From: Candidatus Poribacteria bacterium
Lineage (GTDB): Bacteria > Poribacteria > WGA-4E > PCPOR2b
Assembly (NCBI GenBank): GCA_965116925.1
Contig: OZ220744.1
Coordinates: 576,001-640,000 of the forward strand
Reading direction: 5' to 3'
DNA length: 64,000 bases
Shown: positions 40,101 to 49,909 of the stretch, one piece after another
Numbering within the stretch: position 1 is the first letter of the stretch
How the letters are laid out: each line of letters begins with the position of its first letter
Program-made: the position numbers and the translations under genes
Notes under the pieces: generated by a model
What the model saw: the letters and a program-made list of their open reading frames with translations, nothing else
The model's database searches: none
Told to the model about the DNA's origin: nothing

Positions 40101-42343
40101 GTAGGTCCTTCCTCTAGGCGAAGGGGTGTTCGACGCAGATGAATTCCTGCCCGCCCACGAGACTGTCCCTGTGTTTGCACCGTGATCTGATACACACCGG
40201 GTCTGAGATACTGCTGTACCAAGGCATTGCGTCCGATACCATTCTGTTGTTCAGTAAATAGTTGAGTGATAAGTGCCGTCCGCACGGTCAACTCGGTTGC
40301 TAGACGACCGCTCGTCTCCAAGCGGTAAAGACTCGGTTCTTCCACAATAAGGGTGAAATGCTGCTTTTGCTCGCGCTCAAAGTTGACGTACAACGGTTTC
40401 TGTTCGGTAAGCTGCGGAAATGGCTTGGGTTGCTCTAACTGATTCTTTAGATCGCTCAACGTTAGTTCCGAAGGCGGCTCGGCGGGAATCGTCTTTAGGG
40501 TAAAGAGCGTTGTTTCTGTCCCTGAGTTTTTCAGACGTAACTTATGCGAGCCGGGCGACAGGATTGAGTCAGCGTTCAATCTGCGCTCCCCTGCGGTCAA
40601 GAGAAAGGGGCCCTCTTTGTCCGCTTGAATAAAAAGGGTGGACCGTTTTCGCACACGAATGGAAACCGGCACCGATTGCCCCGGGTTGAGAATCACGGGC
40701 AGCGGTTCACTTAAATCCATCGGCAACACGCGGGTAATTATCCCTGTAGTGACATTGTGCCGATGATTCAGTTGGAACGTGTATTGTCCGCGGTGTTGAG
40801 GTAGGGTGACTTTGGGTAACAATAAGCTCTGTTTCCGAGCGGCTGGAGGAATCGTCTGGAAATTATCTGCCTCTGCATCCTTCTGGCGTAGAATGAATGA
40901 GAGAATCCCCTTCGATTCATCGGGTCGGATTGTGAGTTTATAAAAACCCTGAATCAATTCAAATACCTTCCCCGGCGACTGAAATGGCGGAGATCGGTAG
41001 TTTCTGGGTTGGATTGCCATAAAGGGTTCTATTCGGTAGCGTCCTCTTGCTCCAGATGTCTCAGTCTCCTCAATCACATAGGTTCCGGCATCTTCCAATT
41101 TAAGGAACAGACTGGTCTCACCTAACAGATTAAATTTTCCCGTAACCAAGGGAGCGTTTAATCCAACAGGTAACACTTGTGATTCCACCGGTGTCTCCTG
41201 CCTCGGATGGCTCAGAATCCCTGTAACGTCGATAGCGTCACGTCCCTCTGCTGAATGTAGGGAGGAAATCCAATAGTCCCCTCTATTTTGAGAGTGAGAA
41301 AAGGAAAAGGTCGCGCTTTTTGTGGTAAAATAGGTTAGAACGACTCTGTCGCCAGGGTTTCCCTGAACGGTGACCCATTTGTTCCGCCTCATTTCCTTTG
41401 TCTGTACAACCGCCCAAGGATTGCGGGATTTCTTTGTGATGGCTGCTCGATCTCCGCCACCATGTCGGCTCGCCTTATCCTCCCACTGCTTCACCGATAG
41501 CGTTGTCGCTTTTTTATCCGCTCGCGAAATTTGAAAAAAGTCAGTGTTCGCCGGTGCCACGTAAGCATCTCGACCGAAAGGGGAGAGCGTGATAATCTGC
41601 TTTCCACTAGCTCCCAATCGGCGATATCCCATACGCAGAGAGAAAGGATGTGCTCCCGAATCGTCAGCCCATGCCAATTCCGCACCGCCATAAAATGTCA
41701 ATCGGTATACTCCCGGATTCAGGTCGTGATAAAATTCTGCGTAGCCCATCGGTTGACCGTTGACCGGCTCGTAGGTCGAGAAACTAGGCTTTATATCCTC
41801 AAGCCAGACCCCATCACGCCACAGACGGCAATCTTTGAGGTTTCGCCCGATTGCTTCAAGTCGTAGGATCCGCCGGTTTTTAAGATGCAGCCAGAAGGAC
41901 TGCTGTTGCAGATCTTCCAGTGAACTGTTTTCGATTTGATAGGCGTCGAGTGAGAGGAGTTTGTCGGACGAACCGATCTCCACAAACGGATATACAGCCA
42001 GTTTCAGAGCACCCGCGCCCTCTTCGTGAGACCGCAATCGGATTTTATAAATGCCCTTGTCCAGTAGCAGGTCGAGCCGCCCATCCTGTTCGCCCGCACT
42101 CCCCGCGGCAGCGAAAGGGCCCGCCATCCGATCCACAATTTCGATTTTTGTGCCTTGATCGCTTTGGGCTTGTAAACTATAGCGACCCGGGACAGCGATG
42201 TGCAGCAGCGTTTCGTTCAGCCCATGAGCATCAAATTCAGTGTGCTCCAGACGTGGCAATTCCCCCTGTCCAAAAGCCCAAGTAGAAAGGGTTATACCGA
42301 CAAAAACGAGCCACAGGGTTCTTCTCCAAATTTTCCCTAGCAT
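37136..42343 (-). CDS. Very large secreted hypothetical protein with repeated beta-sandwich (PPC-like) modules
   Basis: GGAGA RBS before MLGKIWRR signal peptide; recurring PG.Y.L/I motifs; ORF extends to 42385. Confidence 0.8.
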   Translation of the reverse strand: MLGKIWRRTLWLVFVGITLSTWAFGQGELPRLEHTEFDAHGLNETLLHIAVPGRYSLQAQSDQGTKIEIVDRMAGPFAAAGSAGEQDGRLDLLLDKGIYKIRLRSHEEGAGALKLAVYPFVEIGSSDKLLSLDAYQIENSSLEDLQQQSFWLHLKNRRILRLEAIGRNLKDCRLWRDGVWLEDIKPSFSTYEPVNGQPMGYAEFYHDLNPGVYRLTFYGGAELAWADDSGAHPFSLRMGYRRLGASGKQIITLSPFGRDAYVAPANTDFFQISRADKKATTLSVKQWEDKASRHGGGDRAAITKKSRNPWAVVQTKEMRRNKWVTVQGNPGDRVVLTYFTTKSATFSFSHSQNRGDYWISSLHSAEGRDAIDVTGILSHPRQETPVESQVLPVGLNAPLVTGKFNLLGETSLFLKLEDAGTYVIEETETSGARGRYRIEPFMAIQPRNYRSPPFQSPGKVFELIQGFYKLTIRPDESKGILSFILRQKDAEADNFQTIPPAARKQSLLLPKVTLPQHRGQYTFQLNHRHNVTTGIITRVLPMDLSEPLPVILNPGQSVPVSIRVRKRSTLFIQADKEGPFLLTAGERRLNADSILSPGSHKLRLKNSGTETTLFTLKTIPAEPPSELTLSDLKNQLEQPKPFPQLTEQKPLYVNFEREQKQHFTLIVEEPSLYRLETSGRLATELTVRTALITQLFTEQQNGIGRNALVQQYLRPGVYQITVQTQGQSRGRAGIHLRRTPLRLEEGPTVGVVKKAHLEPDVALRYTLTIDEPGLYHLQTLGLGKDFTYRLEDKGEWPLTKPGREGVLHARFEPGVYHYYSMPLPVESTRITALTRIAEKQERVGKGPHPISFNETIKMMWREEEGRPPDMFTTEITAPVDVTIKLSGGMEGVIRPDLIGTGDGRVITGGSEWKDTLQPGQYEIAVKSANENNLLPYTLRMETSQLIPGLRQPVELPADLTIRLGESGIVDLSSFGPTDVKASLWDETGTQLLAQNDDMPNDWNFRISQRLDPGRYLLKLVPVGRTYGTVEITMEFREQHVLPQRGFPPFTVDEDLEEKVLVIPFRVDNTSPLVGVTVNAFQLSTGNGVGELGVALLKETHTLYEGTVNDTEAASFYIPLQAKTPYQILLWGLGDFTGEATLDVAPLKVKPVSVLPEQTELLWPPYAEPIALELTDADQSSYWATESTGASLQFSSTLDRPFETVKDNTPVVMNDGRGWLVLSSYEKTQHLILEPFVLATGAVKTVELGQLPFAFNLEHENDNPLLLEVNSIGGQIGAMTYTSESQFGSKFHWGRMGIAPSKTVAAVPRKGKYRAKIWQTRETIETEKVHLSTRTFRLEERVKFGKTLSYEGPIKAGSAKAFVLDKSRQTYELLLTGGLVAFVWDGKHTQVLIAAHRNTQESITVPGGELFITNRSDEAGLFRIERKRETVETVRAFDSKQGFEGVFAETGTVSLLIEEVKEQKELFVVGDAVKARILGNDGIIREGERFEPHRAEGILELSYGPGYVKVWEANPQEKDLTFMGKKPRRVKGLADGVAKLENRSQRWMFDLKHPAYTIVDAEGSGVTALLADQKVLATSVGSSNKGRQLRYFLPSGEYQLWTRPLEGTTQTGNIRLLKVFPKPLDSVSDNPRLIRPGEIQVFKFNVTVNGKVGVGIRTESDQLDAKLFDSQFKRLASSPVMIQELELGEYLLTVETIPQALGPIQYTPVVLGHTGGRQEIPEEVIGEYVTRTTGDD

Positions 42344-42862
42344 ATCGTTTCTCCAATTGATTGTGAATAGTATAAAAGTTGCCAACTCTTCCAGAGAAAC
42401 CGTAGAAGCAATTCTTGTGCCTACCCTTCAAAAAACTGTGAGCAAAAAGAGCGATATTGATAAGTTTACCACATTCTTCTGTATCTTTGCACTCTAGTTT
42501 TAACCTGAGTCGATTGGTTTTATTTTTTTGAGGATGGCTCATGTAAAAAGAAAGTGCAAAATATGAAGCGAAATCGTAGGGGCGGGGTTTCCCCGCCCGC
42601 AGTAAGGGTTGGGTGACCCAACCCCTACGAAAACTCGGTTGCTGTTGCACGCTTTCTTAACATGAGCCTTTGAGGATAAGTGGTTACGGTCAAAAATGAA
42701 CTGGACGCAGAGAAAAATCAGTTACGCTGCTTATCCCATGTTAAATTAAACCGTAAGGACAGATAGCTTAACGGAAAGGCAGATTTGCTTGGTGTGGTAA
42801 GAAGGTAGGTATAGAAAGACGACATTGCCGTTTTGCTGTCAGCGAAATACGGCAAAGAATGG

Positions 42863-42981
42863 TTTCTAGGGGGTGTTGACATTTTGAGGCTACTGATTCG
42901 GCAAACGCTGTAATCATCGGATAATCTGACAAATGTAGCGTTTGCGGCTTTGGATCACAATCTAACAGATTGTGGTACAAA
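42863..42981. repeat. Repeat family K (CTAGGGGGTGTTGACATT end)
   Basis: Reverse copy split between 62162-62204 and 62710-62791; same end at about 56350-56368. Confidence 0.7.
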
Positions 42982-42989
42982 TTTGCCGC

Positions 42990-43724
42990 TTACTGCTTTT
43001 TCAACGCACCCCACGTCATTGCTAGTTTCCCTTTCGGGTGCACAGCGACCTCGATTCCACCAATAGTTATGTCGTAGTCGATGAGTTCAAAAATAACATC
43101 GCTGCTATTGAGAGATTTCACTAAGCCGAAATCCGGAGCGAGCCACATTGTGCTCTGTATAGAAAGTTTGACTAAGCCTGATGTAGAGAGCTCCTGCTCT
43201 ATTTTCAAACAGTCGCGGAATGTTCCAGCCGGGACGGTAACATCTTCAATCTTGATGACCTTGGCGGCGTTGGTCACTTCGATTGGTATGACACCCAGTC
43301 TAGCTTCGCCGGTCACTGTCCATGTTGAACCCAATCCAATTGGGATGGGCAGAAAGGTTTCGGGCGGAGAATAGTCAATTGTAACATCAAACCCTTGGAC
43401 TTTTGCAGTCGCTCGGAATATCAGAACCCGGCCCGGCGTAGCTTTGATAAAAAACTTATTGGGATTGTTACTTGCCGGATCTGAAACGGGATATGTCCTA
43501 TCCGAAATGACTTTTAGCGATTCAGCACCGATGGTTTCGGGACCCTCAATTGTGACAACTCTCTCCTCGATCCCGTCGGTGCTGCGCAAAACCCAAGTAT
43601 TCCCAAATTCGTCTGGATAATAGTTCTGCGCGTAGCCGGGCGAAGCTAAACTGTACACGATTGCAATTGATAAAAGGCAGATAAAACAGTAACGATAACC
43701 GGTTGTGAGAAATCCAACTTTCAT
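42990..43724 (-). CDS. Secreted hypothetical protein with C-terminal AVHPKGKLAMTWGALK motif
   Basis: Signal peptide; VTVPAGTF..W.APD.GLVK motifs. Confidence 0.75.
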   Translation of the reverse strand: MKVGFLTTGYRYCFICLLSIAIVYSLASPGYAQNYYPDEFGNTWVLRSTDGIEERVVTIEGPETIGAESLKVISDRTYPVSDPASNNPNKFFIKATPGRVLIFRATAKVQGFDVTIDYSPPETFLPIPIGLGSTWTVTGEARLGVIPIEVTNAAKVIKIEDVTVPAGTFRDCLKIEQELSTSGLVKLSIQSTMWLAPDFGLVKSLNSSDVIFELIDYDITIGGIEVAVHPKGKLAMTWGALKKQ

Positions 43725-43791
43725 AATATAATCTTTTTCACGTTTTAGCTGTAGAAATCCGCCTCCGGTTACACGTTCTCACGCTTGTGGC

Positions 43792-44262
43792 TCATGGGCT
43801 CACTTGCATATTGATATGTCGGCGGGGGATTTCAATTCTTTGTCCTGGGCGAATGAGATTGGGGTTTTTCAGTTTGTTATAGGCTAGCAAAGTACGCAGA
43901 TCAAGATTATGCCTTCTAGAGATTTGCCAGAGAGTATCCCCTTTGTGGACATAGTAGACCTCCACTGAACCGGCGGAGGTATTCTCAGGGTGCGAGGAGA
44001 ATTCTGACGATTCGCTGGATTCCTCGGCTTTCGCTTCGCTAGATTGACCTTTGTATGATATTGCTTCAGTCGCTTGTTCACTATAAGTCGCACTGTTTGA
44101 TTCCAGTAAATTTGTGAGATCTATTTGTGTGAGTTCTGTTGGTGTGAGCTCTTCTAACTGTGTTCGCGCGGTTGCTGCATCATCGCGTAACTTAGTGAAT
44201 AATACCAAATTTAACACAAAAATCACGGCGGTCCATATCAACACCTGCTTGCGAGCGTACAT
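43792..44262 (-). CDS. LysM domain protein
   Basis: YYVHKGDTLWQIS..N..I.PGQ.I.IP; N-terminal TM. Confidence 0.88.
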   Translation of the reverse strand: MYARKQVLIWTAVIFVLNLVLFTKLRDDAATARTQLEELTPTELTQIDLTNLLESNSATYSEQATEAISYKGQSSEAKAEESSESSEFSSHPENTSAGSVEVYYVHKGDTLWQISRRHNLDLRTLLAYNKLKNPNLIRPGQRIEIPRRHINMQVSP

Positions 44263-44400
44263 GAGACCCTCCCTTGAACGAATAGAATATTGAGTACAAA
44301 TAAAATAACGTCAATAACTATGCGACCGATTCATAAAATTTATGATTGAGAGCCTTAGAAACCACACTAGTTTCTAATTCAAAAAGATTCTACATTAGAC

Positions 44401-45579
44401 TCACCTCATTTGATTTAATAATTCTACTGCTGCATCGGCAATCTGCTCACCACAGCCGGGACGGAAACGGGAGGAATTGGACTCATACCCACCCTGTTTA
44501 TAGGCAATCTCGACCGGAATATAGCCGATACTTCCGTTGGTCATGCTCATCACGAACAGGTTTTCCCGTCGCGCTCGGTTTAGGATGTCAAAGCCGATCT
44601 CGACGAAAATTTCGCCCGGCAGTCCGATGAAATAGATGGGTCCAACCGCAATACATTGGAGGTCAATCTCCTCGGTTGTTTTTTCATCAACTGCTTCTTT
44701 TAGTTCTAGGGAGTGCTTTTGATGCACCACCCGTATTTTTGCTTCAGCCGAGGTTTCGATCCATTGTAGGACCTTTATCGCCTCGCCCCCGACGGTTCTG
44801 CCAATCATGCGCGGATACTCACCTTCACGCTGGATGGGGACAATATTGCCTGCACAGCCCAATCCAAATAAACAGGTTCCACCCTCCCCTGTTTCGACGA
44901 CCTCCATTGCATATCCCGGATAGTCCGCGCTAATCGTATACATCCTGTCTGTCGCGGTGACAGGATGGCAAGCGAAATGGATAAGGGATGCCACGAGTTC
45001 CTCGGTTACGCTATCAACGCGAAGGACTCTCACCGTCGAATCGTAGGGACCGAACGTTAAATCTGAATCGGGATCGGGGAGACGATAGCTAGTTTGTGCA
45101 CTGCCATCTGGGCGAATCGTGTGCCGATTATAGCTGACCTGATCCGCGGTGCCCTTTCCTGCGCCAACCCGCGCCGGTTGAAGCCGTTGTTGAGCGATTT
45201 GCGTTACCGTCGTAAGCTGCTGTACAAGCATGTCGGCATAAATGCGATTCTTAGGATTATCAGGAGAGGTGGCACGTGATGCGCGAACTTCGGGCCCGAA
45301 ATGCGTATGGGAGCAACTGATCATCACGTTGCCTGCCGGAATCCCTGTCGTCTCCTCAATTGTTTGACGAACATGATCAACGAATATCGCTTCTACACCA
45401 ATCAAATCATTGGTGATGATTGCAGCTTGTGTCTCCCCATCATCAAATACGATGGCTTTCGCGTAGAGCGCGTCAGCGACTGTTTCACTGCCACTGTCTC
45501 GCCCCGCATATCCTGCCATGTTGCAGCCGAGCGGCGGCGTGATGTCAATCTTCGCAGCACCAACTTTTAAGTTTTCCAT
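44401..45579 (-). CDS. Neutral/alkaline ceramidase-like hydrolase
   Basis: DITP, SHTHFGP, ACHP, SADYPG, PGEIF, GGYE. Confidence 0.8.
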   Translation of the reverse strand: MENLKVGAAKIDITPPLGCNMAGYAGRDSGSETVADALYAKAIVFDDGETQAAIITNDLIGVEAIFVDHVRQTIEETTGIPAGNVMISCSHTHFGPEVRASRATSPDNPKNRIYADMLVQQLTTVTQIAQQRLQPARVGAGKGTADQVSYNRHTIRPDGSAQTSYRLPDPDSDLTFGPYDSTVRVLRVDSVTEELVASLIHFACHPVTATDRMYTISADYPGYAMEVVETGEGGTCLFGLGCAGNIVPIQREGEYPRMIGRTVGGEAIKVLQWIETSAEAKIRVVHQKHSLELKEAVDEKTTEEIDLQCIAVGPIYFIGLPGEIFVEIGFDILNRARRENLFVMSMTNGSIGYIPVEIAYKQGGYESNSSRFRPGCGEQIADAAVELLNQMR

Positions 45580-45581
45580 AC

Positions 45582-46211
45582 TCAATCCTCGTCTGCCGCT
45601 GCAATTTTAATTAGAACACCACTCACAATCAAGAAAGCGAGTGCCCGCAGGACAACATGGAGTTGAATGCCGAGCTGAGGAATCCACATCCCGATCGGGA
45701 ACGCGAGGACGGCGATCAAGAAGATGTATCCTGCCAACCTGTTCCAGCCGCCAATAAGCGAGAGACCGTAGCATAATGCGGTGAGTGCAGCAAAGAAGGT
45801 TCCAGTCATCAGCAACGCTTCCGCAAACTCTTCGGATACTTGGTAAATTGCCATCGCATGGGTTGGATGATCTGCGTGCAATTCACCCAAGGTGCGAAGC
45901 GGAGCAGTTTGAGAGAGATGCCCTACCACCTCTAAAATCAGCCACATCGTCGCAAAACCAAGCCCAAGGTAGCTGCGTGTCGTCGCAGTGGCGTTGAGTG
46001 ATACGAACAACGCGATGACCGTCGGCACAATCAGAATGAGACTTACGACGCTTAACCCGTGCGTCACTCCCACCAACTTCAACGCCGGCGTCCCCAGAGC
46101 AGCATCTTGGAGACGCATCACGACTATATAACTGGATACGAGCATCAATATGCCGCTAAGAAGACCAGTGACACCACCGATTAGATGCAGGCCAACAGGT
46201 TTATTGTTCAT
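45582..46211 (-). CDS. Integral membrane protein
   Basis: About 6 hydrophobic helices; AGGAGG RBS. Confidence 0.75.
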   Translation of the reverse strand: MNNKPVGLHLIGGVTGLLSGILMLVSSYIVVMRLQDAALGTPALKLVGVTHGLSVVSLILIVPTVIALFVSLNATATTRSYLGLGFATMWLILEVVGHLSQTAPLRTLGELHADHPTHAMAIYQVSEEFAEALLMTGTFFAALTALCYGLSLIGGWNRLAGYIFLIAVLAFPIGMWIPQLGIQLHVVLRALAFLIVSGVLIKIAAADED

Positions 46212-46494
46212 GAGAGGTCCTCCTTTTTTAGATCAAGATCCGCTGTGTAACCCCCGTTTTCGAGCAGCTGGGGGAGAGAAAATAAGTAAGACAGATTCAA
46301 ACTATTATAACCTAAGTTGCTAGTTAGCCGTAGTCACGCCAGTCGCGATTCGGAGGGTACGCCCCCTACCGCCCGTTTTCTGTAGGAGAGAATTCCAATT
46401 CCCGACTCTTGCGATAGAATTTTTGTAAAAAGTGTTAGATTTTGTTAGATTTTGACAATTTGAATTGTCCCAAGCGCAAAACATCAGTTCAAGT

Positions 46495-46819
46495 TATAGT
46501 AGATCTTAGAATTAATGAGATACTCCAAACCGGTGCGGTTTCATGAAGATTAAAAAAACAGTTCGGTAATTTGCTAGCGACGCCGGCGCGGTTGAAAACC
46601 GCGCCTACCGTATATTTCGAGGAAAATCGGGATTACCGATTTATAGTGGACCTTAGAATTAATGAGACACTCCAAATCGGCGCAGTTATAAACAGTGCCT
46701 ACCAAACAGGGGTGGCGCAAGTGTTTCTTTATTTTTTGAATTCACTATAAATACTTAAACTTCATCTAACCGCATCTACCGGGGGTGAAAGTGTCTGTTT
46801 ATTTTTAGAATTCACCATA
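46495..46819. mobile_element. Three-level nest: A (46497-46817) > D (46543-46765) > A (46644-46747)
   Basis: TIRs of each visible; TA duplication; empty D at 9314-9430. Confidence 0.85.
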
Positions 46820-46999
46820 ATTCTCCTGTAGGAGGGATCTCCGAATCCCGACGCCTCACGCTAGGAGCGACTTCCCGATTAGGTTGATTTTCCAAAATCG
46901 ACAGTTTTGCTATCAACCCATTGGGACTGAATGAACTAATAAACCAATGAACTCACAATAAATTTCTGATTAGGACTAACTGTCCAATCCGGGAATCGC

Positions 47000-47185
47000 T
47001 CAGGTCGAGCCTGTATCACAAGCTGCCGCTTTCCCATTTCCAACCGATGCAAAGCTAGAAAAAACCTTCATCGGTTTTTCCGCACCACATTCGGGACATA
47101 CAAGCTCACTGTTATCTGCATTGATCGATTGTAATATCTCAAATTTGGATTCGCATGTCTTGCACTGATACTCATAAATTGGCAT
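47000..47185 (-). CDS. FmdB-family zinc-ribbon protein (possible UGA readthrough to 46976)
   Basis: MPIYEYQCKTC..CPECG..SSF. Confidence 0.9.
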   Translation of the reverse strand: MPIYEYQCKTCESKFEILQSINADNSELVCPECGAEKPMKVFSSFASVGNGKAAACDTGST

Positions 47186-47218
47186 TGTCTTTCCTCCGAA
47201 CAGATTGGATTATAGATC

Positions 47219-49009
47219 TTATTTCATTGTTGCTGCCAACGCCTTTGCCTGTTCCACCTTTTCACGGATTAAATTGCAGCCACCCTGCCAAAAGTCAGGC
47301 GAAGCGATATCAATCCCCATGTCAGCGACCAATTGGATGGGCGTCGCAGAGCAACCGGCGCTCAACAGATCGAAGTAGCGGGGCACGAACGATTCGCCAT
47401 CGCGTTGATACTGGGCATAGAGCGACAGCACCAGCAACTCGCCAAAGGAATAAGCATAGACGTAAAACGACAGTTGGAAAACGTGCGGGATATAGAGCCA
47501 CCACCACCGATGGTCTTCGCCCAACGTTAGTGAGTCTCCAAACATCTCCTGCATCATCCGTTGCCAGAGTTCACAATAGGCTTCTGTCGTCTGTTCCCCC
47601 TTTTCGCGGCGCAGACGGTGTGCCTCCTGCTCAAAGCGATACATAGCGATCTGACGAAACACGGTAGCAAAGATGTCCTCTATTTTACCACATAGCAGTG
47701 CCAAACGCTCCTCCGTCGATTCTAACGTAGACTGCAACTGGTCAAACACCAACATCTCTCCAAAGGTGCTTGCAGTCTCCGCCAGGGGCAAGACAGGGTG
47801 ATAGTTGAGCAAGCTCTGCTTGCTAGCGAGTACATCGTGAATACCGTGCCCTAACTCATGTGCTAGCGTCATCACATCACGCGGTTTGCCGGTGTAGTTC
47901 ATAAAAACATAGGGGTGCAAATCAGGCGTGACCCCTGCACAATATGCGCCGCCGCGTTTGCCCGCACGGAGCTCAGCGTCAATCCAACGTTTGCTAAAGA
48001 ACGGCTCCGTTATTTCCGCCAACTGCGGTGAAAACTGACCGAAGGCATCCATCACCATGCCTTGTGCCTCATCGAACGGGATGTTACCGCGATCGCCGAG
48101 CAACGGAGCGTATCGATCGTAGTGCGTCAGTTCATCCAACCCCAACAACTGCCGCTTGAGATGATAGTAATCAGCAGCGATATCGTAATTATTAACGCAC
48201 ACATCCGACACAGTGTTGACCACTGCCTCGTCTACCTCGTTGTCAAGATGCCTCGCTGCTTCCGGCGATGAGTGCCCTCGCAAACCGTCCAGAATCTGCT
48301 TTTCGTGGAGGAGCGTATTGAAGATGAAAGTCAACACATGTGCATCCCGCTTGAGTGTATCTGTTAGGGCAGCAGCGGCGGCTTTGCGTATTTCGCGATC
48401 TGGGTTGTAAAAGTTTACCAACAACTCGCTTTGAGTCAGTTCTTCGTCCCCCATGCGGAAGATCTGCCGCGAGGTGATTTCGGTAAACAGGCGTCCAAAA
48501 GCGCGTCCTCTTGTATTGGCTGTCTCCTCCAAAATCTTCTCTTCTGCTTCACTCAAATGGTGCGCTGCCAGTGCCCGTTCATGTTCTAGATAGTGTCGGT
48601 AGGGGGCGAGTTGCGGATCCGCGATGATTTGATCAAAGGTTTCTTGCGGGATCTGGCCGATTTCAAGATCGAAGAAAATCAGATGAGTTGCCGCTGCTGA
48701 ACCAACCTCACGTGTTCTCTGCAACAACGCGCCTCGTTGAGCGTCCGCGGTATCCGTCGAAAACAGCAGATTGGCATAAGACCCCGGCTTATACTGAGCC
48801 GTCATCAAAGCTTCATAATCGTTGAGCGCGCTACATAATAGATCCGCTGTCACATCTGTTGAGGCGATGCGTCCTTTGTATTTCTCCTCAAACTGTGCCG
48901 CCTGATCGACCATCGAATTGAGGTCGGTATCTAACCGCGAATCGTCAACGCTATCGTATAGATCCGACAAGTCCCATGTCGGTAAACCATTTGTACTTTC
49001 AGTGCTCAC
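47219..49009 (-). CDS. pepF: M3B oligoendopeptidase F
   Basis: WDLSDLY, KRGGAY, HELGH, ETASTFGE, FYVYAY. Confidence 0.9.
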   Translation of the reverse strand: MSTESTNGLPTWDLSDLYDSVDDSRLDTDLNSMVDQAAQFEEKYKGRIASTDVTADLLCSALNDYEALMTAQYKPGSYANLLFSTDTADAQRGALLQRTREVGSAAATHLIFFDLEIGQIPQETFDQIIADPQLAPYRHYLEHERALAAHHLSEAEEKILEETANTRGRAFGRLFTEITSRQIFRMGDEELTQSELLVNFYNPDREIRKAAAAALTDTLKRDAHVLTFIFNTLLHEKQILDGLRGHSSPEAARHLDNEVDEAVVNTVSDVCVNNYDIAADYYHLKRQLLGLDELTHYDRYAPLLGDRGNIPFDEAQGMVMDAFGQFSPQLAEITEPFFSKRWIDAELRAGKRGGAYCAGVTPDLHPYVFMNYTGKPRDVMTLAHELGHGIHDVLASKQSLLNYHPVLPLAETASTFGEMLVFDQLQSTLESTEERLALLCGKIEDIFATVFRQIAMYRFEQEAHRLRREKGEQTTEAYCELWQRMMQEMFGDSLTLGEDHRWWWLYIPHVFQLSFYVYAYSFGELLVLSLYAQYQRDGESFVPRYFDLLSAGCSATPIQLVADMGIDIASPDFWQGGCNLIREKVEQAKALAATMK

Positions 49010-49021
49010 AGTATTATTCTC

Positions 49022-49139
49022 CTAGTGCTCAGTCATATAAGTTTTGCATACAACAAGGGGGTCGGGTGACCCGACCCCTACGAAGTATTATGAGTCTCAA
49101 TCCATATAGACAATCATAATTTGTCTGACAGTGTACTAG
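49022..49139. mobile_element. MITE family G (49026-49135) with CTAG flanks
   Basis: Near-identical to 61972-62082, which is flanked by TTAA. Confidence 0.85.
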
Positions 49140-49186
49140 ACATCTTCAAAAGGACTAGCGCATAGGGCTAGATTATTCAAAATAGA

Positions 49187-49909
49187 TCAGTGCTTCCCAG
49201 TTAACGGGACAAAACTAACAGGCATCACCTGTCTCGTCATAACTGAACCCGATTCCGTTTTTTGTACAAGTGTCAGGTTCTGCACCCGGAAACGCCCACC
49301 AACCGGGATACACAGTTTCCCGCCCGGTTTCAGTTGATGGATTAACATCGGTGGAATATGATCCGGTGCAGCGGTGACAATAATCGCGTCGTAAGGCGCG
49401 TGTTCCTCCCAGCCGAAATAACCATCGCCGATCTTCACCGTCACGTTTTTATAGTCGAGTCGTTTCAACCGCTTCTCTGCACTTTCGCCAAGTTCCTTGA
49501 TAATCTCGATAGTATAGACATGATCGACCAACTCCGCTAACACCGCCGCTTGATACCCCGAACCGGTGCCCACTTCGAGGACCTTGTGCTCTTTTTTAGG
49601 GTCGAGCAATTCCGTCATATATGCAACGATATACGGTTGCGAAATTGTCTGGTCATATCCAATCGGCAGCGGCATATCAATATATGCTTGGGATTTCAGA
49701 TGGGCAGGGACAAATTCATGACGGAGCACACGCCGCATCGCTTCCAAAACAGACCTGTTCTTAACACCGATTCGACCATCGGTGATCCCCTCTGCGTCAA
49801 TCTGGTGTTTGACCATCCACTCACGATCACTGTCGAAATCACCAACACTGTGTGGGGGTATAGCGATTACCAAGAGAAATGTGGCGAGGATGCAAAAGTT
49901 CTGTTTCAT
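49187..49909 (-). CDS. pcm: Protein-L-isoaspartate O-methyltransferase (with N-terminal signal-like segment)
   Basis: QTISQP, LEVGTGSGYQ, YDAIIVTAA, FVPL. Confidence 0.93.
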   Translation of the reverse strand: MKQNFCILATFLLVIAIPPHSVGDFDSDREWMVKHQIDAEGITDGRIGVKNRSVLEAMRRVLRHEFVPAHLKSQAYIDMPLPIGYDQTISQPYIVAYMTELLDPKKEHKVLEVGTGSGYQAAVLAELVDHVYTIEIIKELGESAEKRLKRLDYKNVTVKIGDGYFGWEEHAPYDAIIVTAAPDHIPPMLIHQLKPGGKLCIPVGGRFRVQNLTLVQKTESGSVMTRQVMPVSFVPLTGKH

